From the NCBI RefSeq assembly GCF_036971445.1, contig NC_091474.1:137020001-137084000 (forward strand): a stretch of 64,000 nucleotides of DNA, written 5' to 3'. Positions within the stretch are counted from its first letter, which is position 1. Each line of letters opens with the position of its first letter. Under the pieces are notes generated by a model that was given only the letters and a program-made list of their open reading frames with translations, did no database searches and was not told the origin of the DNA. This stretch comes from Narcine bancroftii. Lineage: Eukaryota. Both the position numbers and the translations under genes were made by a program. This document shows, piece after piece, positions 9,791-21,474 of this stretch.

Positions 9791-12700
9791 TGTGATAGTA
9801 CAGATTCTATCACCAATGTGTATATGTACATATGTACAGATGGTAGTGTAGGATGACTGCGATTGGCTGAGAGTGTAGCCACACCTACTGGCAGGTCTTA
9901 AAAGGAATGCTCCTCGCCAGACCAGGTCATTCTGGACTGGTCGACCTACTTGTGATATGCTCCAGTCTTTTAGTTAATAAAAGTCTTGGTTTGGATCAAC
10001 AAGTCTCTTGTTCTTTCGATGCGCATTCCCTTCAAAAAGAAATTTTGAAGGGATGGAGCATATGCTACGGCTGGAATGCCTCGACATCGACCCACAGTCA
10101 GCTATAGCCTCAAATGACTTTAAGCACTGGGTGAGGTGCTTCAAAACATACTTACAGCTCTCTGATCCTGCCGTGATAGAGGACAGCCATCAACTACTAA
10201 TATTGATGATTATGGTGTCCCCGAGAGTCTAGCAGAATGCCCAGGATGCGACTACTTACGCCGCAGCCATGAAGGTGCTGAAAGGGCTCTATGAGCGACC
10301 AATGAACAGGGTCTATGCTCGGTACACACTCGCTACAAGGAGGCAACAGCCCAGTGAGTCCTGTAAAGCTTATATTCAGACAGTAAGGGCAATGGACAGG
10401 GACTGTGCCTGCACAGACAGAACTGCTGCGGAGACCACAGACGATCTCATTCGGGATGCCTACATGGCCGGGGTTCGATCGAATGAGGTGAGGCAGCGCC
10501 TGTTAGAGCACGGGGGAGAAAACCTAGAGGATGTGATCCAGATTGCAGAGACGATGGAGGCTGCGGTCTTAAGTATGGACATGTACTCTCGGGGCTGGAC
10601 CCCACACTCTGATGTGAGTAGGATCCCTCCCTCTACCCAACTACTGTTGCTACGCTGCCCGATGCAACCCCAAAGTGTTATTTCTGCGGGAGGAACAAGC
10701 ACAGCAGGTCCCAGTGCCCGGCGAGAAAAACTAGGTGCCAGAAGTGCCTTAAAAACTGGTATTGCTGCAGTCTGTCATTTCAAAATGGCCGCCGTCAAAC
10801 ACAGTGCCTCATGTGAAGCCAAATCGCCACTCTCCATTTCAAACACTTCTTCCTCAGAGCTCTCATCCAATGAGAGTGAGGACTCCACCACACGGCAGCG
10901 CCTGACGTCACGGGGCAGACGCCAAGGGCGCAAGGTACAACCCACCCTCGCCGCAATGACATTCACCCTAATGTCCGACCAGGCCCCAGCCCCGACCTCA
11001 ACTTCCGCCGCTGCTGCCACCCACCAGGGACCCGTCAATGCCGACCAGAGACCCGCCGCTGCTGACCAGGGACCCACAGCCGCCGCCGACCAGGGACCCA
11101 CCGCCACCGCCACTGACCAGGGACATGTCGCTGCCAACTGGGGAACTGCCACTGCCGACCGGGGACCTGCCACTGCCTCCAGGGTCCTGAGAGCCGAAAC
11201 TCCTCTGTCGAGAAGGAGGCCCAGGCCATAGTCGAGGCAGTACGTCGTTGGAGACGCTACCTCACTGGCAGGCGCTTTATGCTGCTGACTGACCAACGTG
11301 CTGTCAACTTCATGTTTAGCAATTCCCAGCGAGATAAGATCAAGAATGACAAAATCGCCAGGTGGAGAATCGAGCTCTCCACCTTGAATTATGACATACG
11401 ATATCGGCCAGGTCAACTCAATAATCAGCCAGATGCACTCTCCAGGGGGACTTGCGCCACATGCAACTGGACAGGTTACAGAAACTCCATGAGGAGCTCT
11501 GTCATCCAGGGGTCACTAGGTTCGCGCACTTTGTCAAATCTCGCAACCTGCCCTACACGGTTGAGGAGATTCGCTTAATGACCCGGGCCTGCCCAGTGTG
11601 CGCTGAGTGCAAGCCCCACTTCTTCCATCCGGAGAACACCCATGTCATCAAAGCCACCGGCCCCTTTGAGCATCTCAGCGTAGACTTCAAGGGGCCCTTA
11701 CTGTCGACCAACTGTAACACCTACATCCTTATGGCCATCGACAAGTACTCCTGCTTCCCTTTCGCTGTGCCTTGCTCGGTCATTACTTCCTCCTCAGTCA
11801 TAGAGGCCCTGCACAGCATCTTCGCCATCTTCGGGTACCCCAGTTACATTCACAGTGACAGGGGGTCCTCGTTTATGAGCGCGGAGCTGCGGCAGTACCT
11901 TCTGGAGCATGGTATTGCTTCAAGTAGGACCACCAGCTATAAACCATGTGGTAATGGGCAAGTCGAAAGAGACAATGCCACCATCTGGAAAGCAGTTACG
12001 CTTGCCTCCGGTCCAAAGGTCTCCCCACCTCTTGCTGGCAGGATGTGCTCACTAGTGCCCTACACTCCATCCGCTCCATCCTATGCACCGCGACCAATGC
12101 CACCCCCATTGAAAGGATGTTCTCTTTCCCGAGGAAATCTGAGTCAGGTACGACCATACTGGCATGGCTCACGGTTCCCGTTCCAGTCCTTTTACGACGT
12201 CACGTCCGGTACTCTAAGAATGACCCCTTGGTTGATTGAGTGACTCTGCTCCATGCGAACCCGCATTATGCCTACGTTGAGTACCTAGACGGACGGGAGG
12301 ACACAGTCTCAGTAAGGGACCTAGCCCAAGCTGGATCAGATGCAGCAGTGCCTTTAACCCCACCTCCCCCTATTCCTTCTCTCCCAGGTTATGTGCTTGA
12401 ACAGAGGGACCAGCAACACCCTATCAGCTCAGGCCAGACTGTCGACAACGGCATTGGGAATTGAGCGAAGCAGTGGCCGCACCCTACAGGCCTGCCAGCG
12501 ACACAACTCCGGCGACCCCAATCCCGGCGCCAGATGGTCAGACCCCCTGACCGGTACAGCCCCTAACCTCCATTCACACTGGGGTCGGTTCTCAAAGAAG
12601 GGGTGAATGTGATAGTACAGATTCTATCACCAATATGTACAGATGGTAGTGTAGGATGACTGTGATTGGCTGAGAGTGTAGCCACACCTACTGGCAGGTC

Positions 12701-12796
12701 TTAAAGGATTGCTCCTAGCCAGACCAGGTCATTCTGGACTGGTCGACCTACTTGGTTTGGATCAACAAGTCTTTGGTTCTTTTGACGTGCATTACA
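9791..12796 (+). mobile_element. Gypsy element B, internally deleted (gag + RNase H end + integrase; no protease or RT), nested antisense in A
   Basis: LTRs 9791-about 10027 and 12608-12796 (TG...CA); PPT aaagaaggggtgaa 12594-12607; gag MEHMLRLECLDIDP from 10053 joined at about 11200 to EKEAQAIVEAV; integrase HPGVTR...CPVC, VDFKGP, HSDRG, GNGQVER. Confidence 0.9.
11020..11180 (+). repeat. Degenerate 24-27 bp tandem repeat in the gag C-terminal region (ADQGPxAA)
   Basis: About six units of gccgaccagggacccaccgcc-like sequence, visible in ORF 10269-11231. Confidence 0.75.
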
Positions 12797-15700
12797 GTCT
12801 GAAAATGTGGGCAGAGAGCCACAGTGTCGGCTGGCCCTGGGCTGCCTGACCCTCCTGTGTTTATGAGGCCTTGGGGCATGGGTGATCCAGCTCTGATTGA
12901 GGGGTGGCTGGAGCCACTTCCTGCGACAGCTCACCTGAGTCCCTGAGTAGGTTGGAGTCCTGGCCCCCTTGAGGTGGTGGACTCTCAGTTCCATCGGGTG
13001 CCAGGTCCCTAAACGAGACAGTGTCCTCCCTGCCATCTAGGTATGCCTCAAATGTGTAAATGAGGATGGCATGGAGTAGGTGTACCTTCTCGACCAAGGG
13101 GTCGGATTTGCTCCTCTTTACGTGCTTTCGGAGCAGCACTGATCCTGGTGCTGTAAGCCAAGCTGGGAGGGTTGTCTCTGACATTGACTTTCTAAAGAAA
13201 ACATCAGCTTGTGAGGAGTCACATTAGTTGCAGTGCAAAGTAGTAACCTAATGGAGTTGTGCGCCATGGGTAGGACATCCTGCCAGTGTGAGACTGGAAG
13301 TCCTTTGGACTGGAGGGCTTTTACGGCCTTCCAAACCATAGCATTCTCCTTCTCAACCTGTCCGTTCCCCCGGGGGTTATAGCGAGTCGTCCTACTGGAT
13401 GCAATGCCTTTCACCAGCAGAAACTGGTGCAGCTCTTTGCTCATAAATGATTTGCTCCAGTCGCTATGGATATAACCAGAATACCCAAACAGGGCGAAAA
13501 TAGTCTAGGGCCCTAGTGACGGATGGCGTGGATGTGTCTGGGCAGGGAATAGCGAACAGGAAACAACAGTACTCATCAATGACAGTGAGAATGTACATAT
13601 TCCCATTTGAAGAGGGGAGGGGTTCCACTGAGCCAAAGGGCTTGGATGCCTTTATCAGGTGTGTCTTTTTGGGACAGTAGAAGTGTGGCTTGCACTCTGC
13701 ACAGACCTGGCATGACCTGTCATTTCCCTGACATCCTCAATTGAGTAGGGTAAATTGCGTGCCTTGACAAAATGAGCCATGTGAGTGATGCCTGGATGGT
13801 GGAGTTCATTGTACAGTGACCGCAACAGGACGACATGTGCAGAGGCACAGCTTCCTCTGGACAGGGCATCTGGAGGCTCATTGAGAGTACCAGGTTGGTA
13901 GACTATGTTGTTGTAGGTGGAAAGTTCGATCCTCCACCTAGCAATTTTGTCATTTTTAATTTTGCCTCATTTTATGTTGTTGAACATTAAAGCCACCGAT
14001 CGCTGGTCCGTGAGGAGGGTGAATTTCCTAACCACCTGGTAGTGCTTCCAGTGCCTGATAGCCTCTACAATGGCTTGTGCCTCTTACTGCACTGATAGCT
14101 TCCGAAGCTCTTGGAAAAAAATGCAACCTGCCTACCGACCTGATTAAGGGTTGCAGCCAGAGCTACGTCTGAAGCATTGCTTTCCACCTGGAAAGGTACA
14201 TTTTCGTCCACCCCATGCATGGTGGCCTTTACAATGTGTCTTCTGACACAGTTGAAAGCTGTTTGAGCTTCGGCTGTCAATGGAAAATAAGTGATTTTTA
14301 AGAGGGAACGGAACTTGACCTCATATTGAAGGACCCATTGGGCGTAATATAAAATAAAGTCCAGGCACCTCGGGATCAGGAGTTCCAACAGGGGATGCAA
14401 CCTGTTGGGGTCAGGGCCCAATGATGCCATTCTCCACCACGTAGCCCAAGATGGCTAGACATCTAGTCCCGAATACACATTTACTGGTGTTGTAAGTGAG
14501 GTTCCCGGCTTTAGCTGACTGGTGAAAGTTCTGGAGGTTGGCGTCATGGTCCTCCAGAGTGTGGCCACAAATGGTAACATTGTTGAAGTATGGGAAGGTG
14601 GCCTTCAACTTAAATTCGTCTAACATTCGGTGCATCTGTCTCTGAAAGATTGAGACTCCATTCACGATACCAAATGGAACCCTCCGGAACTGACAGAGTC
14701 TCCCGTTAGCCTCAGAAGTGGTGTTGGGATGGTTCTCAGAATGAATTGGCAACTGGTGGTAAGCAGCTTTAAGGTTGATGGTTGAATAGACCTTGTACTG
14801 CACAATTTCATTCACTATGTCTGAAATGTGAGGGAGGGGATATGTGTCCAGAAGTGTGAAGCGATTAATAGTTTGGCTATAGTCAATTACTAACCTAGAC
14901 TTTTCTTCCCCTTTTACAACAACCACCTGTGCTCTCCATAGGCTGGTACTGTGCTCGATAATGATCTCATCAAGCAGTCGTTATGTCTCAGCCTTGATGA
15001 ATGCCCGGTCCTCTGCACTGTAGCACCTGCTTTTTGTAGCAATTGGTCTTCAATAGATGCTCAGATTGGGGAACAGAGGAGGTGGATCTATATTCAGTGT
15101 TGTCAGACAGCAAATGACATCAGAATTTTGAGACCTTCTGTTCCAATCCATAATGGGAGGAAGAGGACCAGAATACTTCAGGGCCACTTTGTTAAAGTGA
15201 CAAGGAGTCAAGACCCAGCAAAACTAAAGCACATAAATTCTTAAGTACATACAGTTTGAACTTACAGAAGTCCCCCTCCTGTAAAGATAAATGAACCATA
15301 CAATGTTCTTGAATATTTAGACTGCATATGATATGCTAAATAAATACTCTAATTAGTGGGATACACTTTGAGATTGAGATTTTGAACTGTCTCTGTGTCT
15401 ATGAAGCTCTCAATTGAGCCAGAGTCAATTAAGCATTTCAATTTATGCCTGTTTACCCACACCTTTGTTGTGGAATTGTTCAGTTGGTATGGTATCTCAT
15501 GGTTCAACACTATCGCTGCCAAGATTCCGGAGATGCCATCATTCCCCTCATTGGAGTCACTCTCCCCGTTCGGATCCTCATGCAGGCAAGATGGTGGGGG
15601 CCACAAGTTTCAGCAAGATAGCAGCCCTCCTCCTCCTCCTTCCACCCATTGTAAATGGTGCAGAATTTGAATGCAAGCAAGATGGTGGTGACCACGTGGT

Positions 15701-18249
15701 GCAGTAAGATGGCTGCGCTCCCTCCTCATTGGATGAAGGTGGTGCCAGTTTCAAAATGTGGCAGGATGGCTTCCAAGTTTTCCAGCTTTGCTTCTCTCGC
15801 TGCGTGGCCCTGCAGCAAGGCCATGGTGTACAACACTAGCACTGGGAGGCCGGGGGTTTGGGTTTTGGGCTCGCCTCAGTTGGCCCATTAGGGGTCGCTC
15901 ACACTTTGAACCTCTCAGCACTTCCCCTCACCCTGTAGACTTTCACCCAATACCCCTTTCCACAACCGGAGCAGTTGGAGTCTTTAGCAGGACATCGAGT
16001 TCTTGGGTGCTGTTGCCGACCGCAGAAGAAGCATTCCTTAGTGCCCAAGGCTGCCATCGTTAAAGCCGATGCAACATGTGGCACCATTCTGGGACTTAGG
16101 TCCTCATGAAGGGTGCTGCTGCCTTCTAAATTGTCAGCCCCAAGTTGGGCCATCTCTAGTGACTTGGCCAGTAGTACATTCTCAGGAAGTGCCGCGCTGC
16201 CTTTCTCCAGCAACTGTTGCTGAATGTATTTGGACCACTCTCCAGTGACCAGAGCATCCTGGATCTGCTCATCCTCCTGTTCTCTGTCCATGCTGTCCTC
16301 ATATCTGCAGTTCCTCACAAGTGCCCGTAGGCTGAGGACATAGTCCTCCAATGGACTTAACTGGCCGCTGCTTCCATTGTGAGAGTTGATGCCGCGCTAA
16401 GACAATGTTTTGGGGCCTCGTGTAGTGGGCCTTCAGCTTCTCAACAGCCACTGCATAAGTCGTACAGTCCCTGATGATCGGGAATCCTTTAGGTCCAACC
16501 CAAGAGAGGAGCGCTGACCTCTTGAGCTCATCCATTGAGTAGACCTCTTACGTGGCTGTCAGGTACATTTGGAAGCACCCCAGCCAATATGTGAACTCTT
16601 CCAGGGCCTCCAGGGACAGAAGTTCGATGAGGAGCATTGCAGACTTTAACAGTGCTTCCATCCCATTCTTTATTGAACAAAATTGTTGCGTGACAGAGCG
16701 CACTCAAGACCAAAGAGAGTACAACACGCTTTTATTCAATAAGAATGGCACACATAGTCTGTGAACTGAACTGGGGTTTTGGAGAGGTCCAGGGTTTAAA
16801 TCAGGATATGCCGGGGTGGGGGGGGGGGGGGCGGGGGGGGGGGCGGGTAGAGTCTGGGGAGGAGCCAGTCCTTAGAGCATCGCACGAGTAGTGAATTCCC
16901 AGTTCACTACAGGGTGGTATTGGAAGGCAGGATAGACTTAATATTTTAAGGAACCAAAATATAAGAGAAATGGTAAAACACCTGCAGTGAACAGTAGAGT
17001 AGCTACAAAGTCTTGAATGGCCACTTCCTGCTTCTACTTATAAGTAAGGTTGTGTGGCTTGTAAAGCAGGGGTCACGTTTGTTCTTTGCTGGGCCCTCAT
17101 TTCTGTGAGGGGGCTGGACAAAATGGTGACAAAGTTAAAGAATTTCATGGATGTTACATTCTAAATGTAGTATTACATGACAATAATGGAACCTTTACCT
17201 TGACCTTTAGTGTTAGTCATTTGAGTTCTCAGGGATCATCTTATGGTTTTGGAAATTCATCCTAAATTTCTGAGGATTTCATAGTCATAAGCATCAAGCC
17301 ACGCAAAACAGGCATTTTGGCCCTCACATCCATGCTAACCACCTTTAGCAATTCAGTGCATGTCAGTGATGTAACGGGATTGGGTGAGGAATAGAAGAAT
17401 TATTAGGAGGTGAATGAGCCTGAAGGAGAATAGGGGAAGCATCTGAAGATAGTTTCCGGAACTAGTTGTGTTTTGTTACCTGCTTGGGAAGGTTACATGT
17501 AACTTGTGGAAGGTCTTTCATCTACGGTGAAAAAATGTCTATGCATGCATTTTGTGGTAATTCACAGATGTAATATCCAGCCAAAAATCTATTTGTTGGA
17601 GGAAATCAGCGGGTCAAGCAGCATCAATGGGAGAAAAATGGATGATGTTTCATATTGAAACCTTCATCAAGACAAGACTGCTGAAGACCACTATACATAT
17701 CCAAGTATGAGTGCTTTAGATCCAAGGAAAATCAAAGGATAATTAGACTGAGGTCCAGACCATGATTCCCTGGCTTTTAATGGCTTTTTTTTTCATAGAA
17801 ATTCTATTGCAGTGTGCACTGAACTGTATGATTGGATTTCCCAGACAGTGTATATTGTTTAGCTGACACTGTCTCAAGTTTCTTCTGCTGTTAGCTTTTT
17901 CTTCTGTTTGGGTAAATTACCTTCAACCTCACTAAACATTTAATCAATATATTTTCATCCAATATCTAAGCAAATTGTTATTTTGACCAGATTGTATTCT
18001 TTTTAATAGATGGTTTATGATAAGTTGTTCTACAGATGTATATAACTCTTTAAGACTTTTTTTCTTCCTGTTCTGGAACTGTGTTTTAAACTGAACTGTG
18101 AAATTGTAAATATTCCATTATTAAAATAAAATGGTATTCTTCATTTTCACTACCACCGAGGAATTCAATCCAAACACTAGGATCTGGTTGTCAGAATCAA
18201 ATGAGTCTTATCCCATTTTCTTGACTAAGTTGAATCATTTGTTTTTATT

Positions 18250-18520
18250 AGAATAAAGGAGGCTGAGTAGAAACATGATAAAAGTAAAGTAAATGATTAA
18301 GGGCATAAATAGGATAAATATTAGGAACCATTGCTCCATAGCAAAGGTATCTAAAGCTAGAGGGCATAGATTTAAGACAAGGCAAAGAGCTTTAGAAGAG
18401 ATTTGAGGAAGAATATTTTAACCGCGGTTAATTGGAATGTGGAACATATTGACTGAGGGAATGTGGAGACAGATTCTTACAATATTTAAAATGGATCCAG
18501 ACAAACACTTGAATTATTAA
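18250..18520 (+). mobile_element. CR1 3' fragment
   Basis: aggaggctgag...ctagagggcatagatttaag...tggaac; CR1 ORF2 C-terminal signature. Confidence 0.6.
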
Positions 18521-18606
18521 AACATTGCCAGCACTCACTTTGAAAGGAAAAATGATGAAGCACCTTATAAGCTCCAACAGCCTCAGCAATCCTGTGCTAC
18601 CAGTCA

Positions 18607-20013
18607 TTCTTCTCTTTGGCTTGGCTTCGCGGACGAAGATTTATGGAGGGGTAAATGTCCACGTCAGCTGCAGGCTTGTTTGTGGCAGACAAGTCCGATG
18701 CGGGACAGGCAGGCACGGTTGCAGCGGTTGCAGGGGAAAATTGGTTGGATGGGGTTGGGTGTTGGGTTTTTCCTCCTTTGTCTTTTGTCAGTGAGGTGGG
18801 CTCTGTGGTCTTCTTCAAAGGAGGTTGCTACCCACCGAACTGTGAGGCACCAAGATGAACGGTTTGAGGCGATATCAGCCCACTGGCAGTGGTTAATGTG
18901 GCAGGCACCAAGAGATTTCTTTAGGCAGTCCTTGTACCTCTTCTTTGGTGCACCTCTGTCACAGTGGCCAGTGGAGAGCTTGCCATATAACACAATCTTG
19001 GGAAAGCGATGGTCCTCCATTCTGGAGACGTGACCTACCCAGCGCAGTTGGATCTTCAGCAGCGTGGATTTGATGCTGTCGGCCTCTACCATCTCGAGTA
19101 CTTCGATGTTAGGGATGAAGTCGCTCCAATGAATGTTGAGGATGGAGCAGAGACAACACTGGTGGAAGCGTTCTAGGAGCCGTAGGTGATGCCAGTAGAG
19201 GACCCATAATTCGGAGCCGAACAGGAGTGTGGGTATGACAACAGCTCTGTATATGCTAATCTTTGTGAGGTTTTTCAGTTGGTTGTTTTTCCAGACTCTT
19301 TTGTGTAGTCTTCTAAAGGCGCTATTTGCCCAGGGGAGTCTGTTGTCTATCTCGTTGTTGATCCTTGCATCTGATGAAATGGTGCAGCCGAGATAGGTAA
19401 ACTGGTTGACCGTTTTGAGTTTTGTGTGCCCAATGGAGATGTGGGGGGGCTGGTAGTCATGGTGGGGAGCTGGCTGATGGAGGACCTCAGTTTTCTTCAG
19501 GCTGACTTTCAGGCCAAACATTTTGGCAGTTTCCGCAAAACAGGACGTCAAGCGCTGAAGAGCTGGCTCTGAATGGGCAACTAAAGCAGCATCGTCTGCA
19601 AAGAGTAGTTCACGGAAAGTTGCTCTTGTGTCTTGGTGTGAGCTTGCAGGCGCCTCAGATTGAAGAGACTGCCATCCATGCGGTACCGGATGTAAACAGC
19701 GTCTTCATTGTTGAGTTCTTTCATGGCCTGGTTCAGCATCATGCTGAAGAAGATTGAAAAGAGGGTTGGTGCGAGAACGCAGCCTTGCTTCACGTCATTG
19801 TTAATGGAGAAGGGTTCAGAGAGCTCATTGCTGTATCTGACCCGACCTTGTTGGTTTTCGTGCAGTTGGATAACCATGTTGAGGAACTTTGGGGGGCGTC
19901 CGAGGCGCTCTAGTATTTGCCAAAGCCCTTTCCTGCTCAAGGTGTTAAAAGCTTTGGTGAGGTCAACAAAGATGATGTAGATTCCTTTGTTTTGTTCTCT
20001 GCACTTTTCTTGG
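18607..20013 (-). mobile_element. RTE-clade LINE, 5'-truncated
   Basis: QEKCREQN, FVDLTKAF, VKQGCVLAP (19581-20030) and a 295-aa C-terminal ORF (18664-19551); tail agccaagccaaagagaaga; no clear TSD. Confidence 0.92.
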
Positions 20014-20039
20014 GCTGACATAAAACACAACCTTCAAGG

Positions 20040-21410
20040 GGAAGAACCTCTGTTAAGTGTCAGGCCCAGATGATGTATTTGGCTGCATGAACTAATTGAC
20101 TGGAGTTTTTGTAGATATTTTCAACCTTCTGATGTTGTTTAATAAAGCAAATCAACTCCTGCCTCAGGAAGGTCTTCAATTCACCTAGTACCACAATAGA
20201 TCAATAGCAAATGCCATCTTGCTGATCCTCCACTGTGCATCAGACCACTTTCTCCACAGGAACACCTACGTCAGGCTAATGTTCATTGACTATAGCTCAA
20301 GTGTTCAACACCATCATAATAGTAAAACTTTGTAATTAAGCTCAGGGATTTGAGACTCTATTCCTCCCTTTGCAACTGCATCTTGAATTCCTATTGAAAG
20401 GCACCAATCTGTATGGATTGGCATCATCACCTCCTCCATGTTAACAATCAACACAGGCACCTCATGGGTATGTGCTTAGTCCCCTGCTCTTTTCCCTGTG
20501 TACCCTTTGATTGCGTTGCCGTTTTGTTCCAATGCAAGCTATAAATTCACTGATGACATCACCTTTGTCGGCTAAATAACTTGAAATGATGTTAGAATAC
20601 AGGAGTTGGCCAGAAAACAACAATCTTGCTCTCAATCTCAACAAAATCAAGGATCTTATTTTTTATTTTAGGACTGAAATGATCACACACCTGCCTATAT
20701 TGATAAGACAGGGGTGGAGAGGGTTAGTACTTTCAAGTTCCTGGGAGACCATATTTCAGAAGACCTCTTCTGGAGCCAACATATCAAAGCAACCATAGAG
20801 CCTTAACTTTATAAAAAGTTTGAGGAGATTTTCCATGCTGTTGAATACACTACCAAACTTCTTCAGGTTCACAATGAAAGTATACTGACTGGTTGTGTCA
20901 CAGCTTGGTTTAATAATACAAGTGCCCATGAATTCAGAAAGCTGCAGAAAATACCAAACATGGCAAGGCCTATCACAGACTCAAACCTTCCATCTACTGA
21001 ATAAATCATTGTGAGGCTCAGGAAGGCAGCCAACATTTAAAGGACTCGCATTGCCCTAGTCACAACTTTTTCTCACTGCTACCTTCAGGTAGATCGTACA
21101 GAAGCCTAAAGATGAGCACTTCTTTCCAACAGCTGACATGCTCTTGAACCTCCCCTTGTTAGACAAATCATGAACTACTCTGACACAACAAAAATGATTG
21201 TCTGCTCCAATGTAATGCCAGTTTTCTTTTTTGTATTATGGTAATAGATATAATTTATTTGTTTATCTTTTGTATTATCTCTTTTTAATTTAATATACAC
21301 TACTATAGTTATTTTTTCTTTATGAAATACAGTACCTGCTCGGCTGAAGCAAGTAAGAATTTAGATACGTATGTACAGTTTACAACGTATATGACAATAA
21401 CCACCAACAT
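20040..21410 (+). mobile_element. Rex1/Babar-like LINE fragment (old)
   Basis: Degenerate RT motifs: gactatagctcaagtgttcaacacc (DYSSxFNT), GAPQGCVLSP-like, KFTDDIT, NNLALNLNKIK. Confidence 0.7.
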
Positions 21411-21474
21411 TATCAAGTTCAAGTTATCTGATTGTAGACAAAACAATATTTTTCTAGATCACTGTGCATATACA

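Larger units (their letters stand above)
9321..16911 (-). mobile_element. Gypsy LTR retrotransposon A, full-length, decayed; hosts element B
   Basis: LTRs 9321-9519 and 16684-16911; perfect 5-bp TSD gggtg (9316-9320, 16912-16916); PPT next to 9520; gag from 16661, protease LIDSGS (15349-15606), RT VIDYSQTINRFTLLDTYPLP / YFNNVTICG, RNase H VESNASD, integrase YNPRGNGQVE. Confidence 0.93.

Noticed and set aside
11020-11180. Repeat array considered as CRISPR-like
   Set aside because: No unique spacers, lies in frame within gag, eukaryotic context, no cas genes
10775-11416. 213-aa minus-strand ORF with repeats
   Set aside because: Antisense to the GC-rich gag repeat of element B
16813-16847. Poly-G tract in the 5' LTR of A (G-quadruplex potential)
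   Set aside because: Absent from the sister LTR; likely a homopolymer expansion or sequencing artefact
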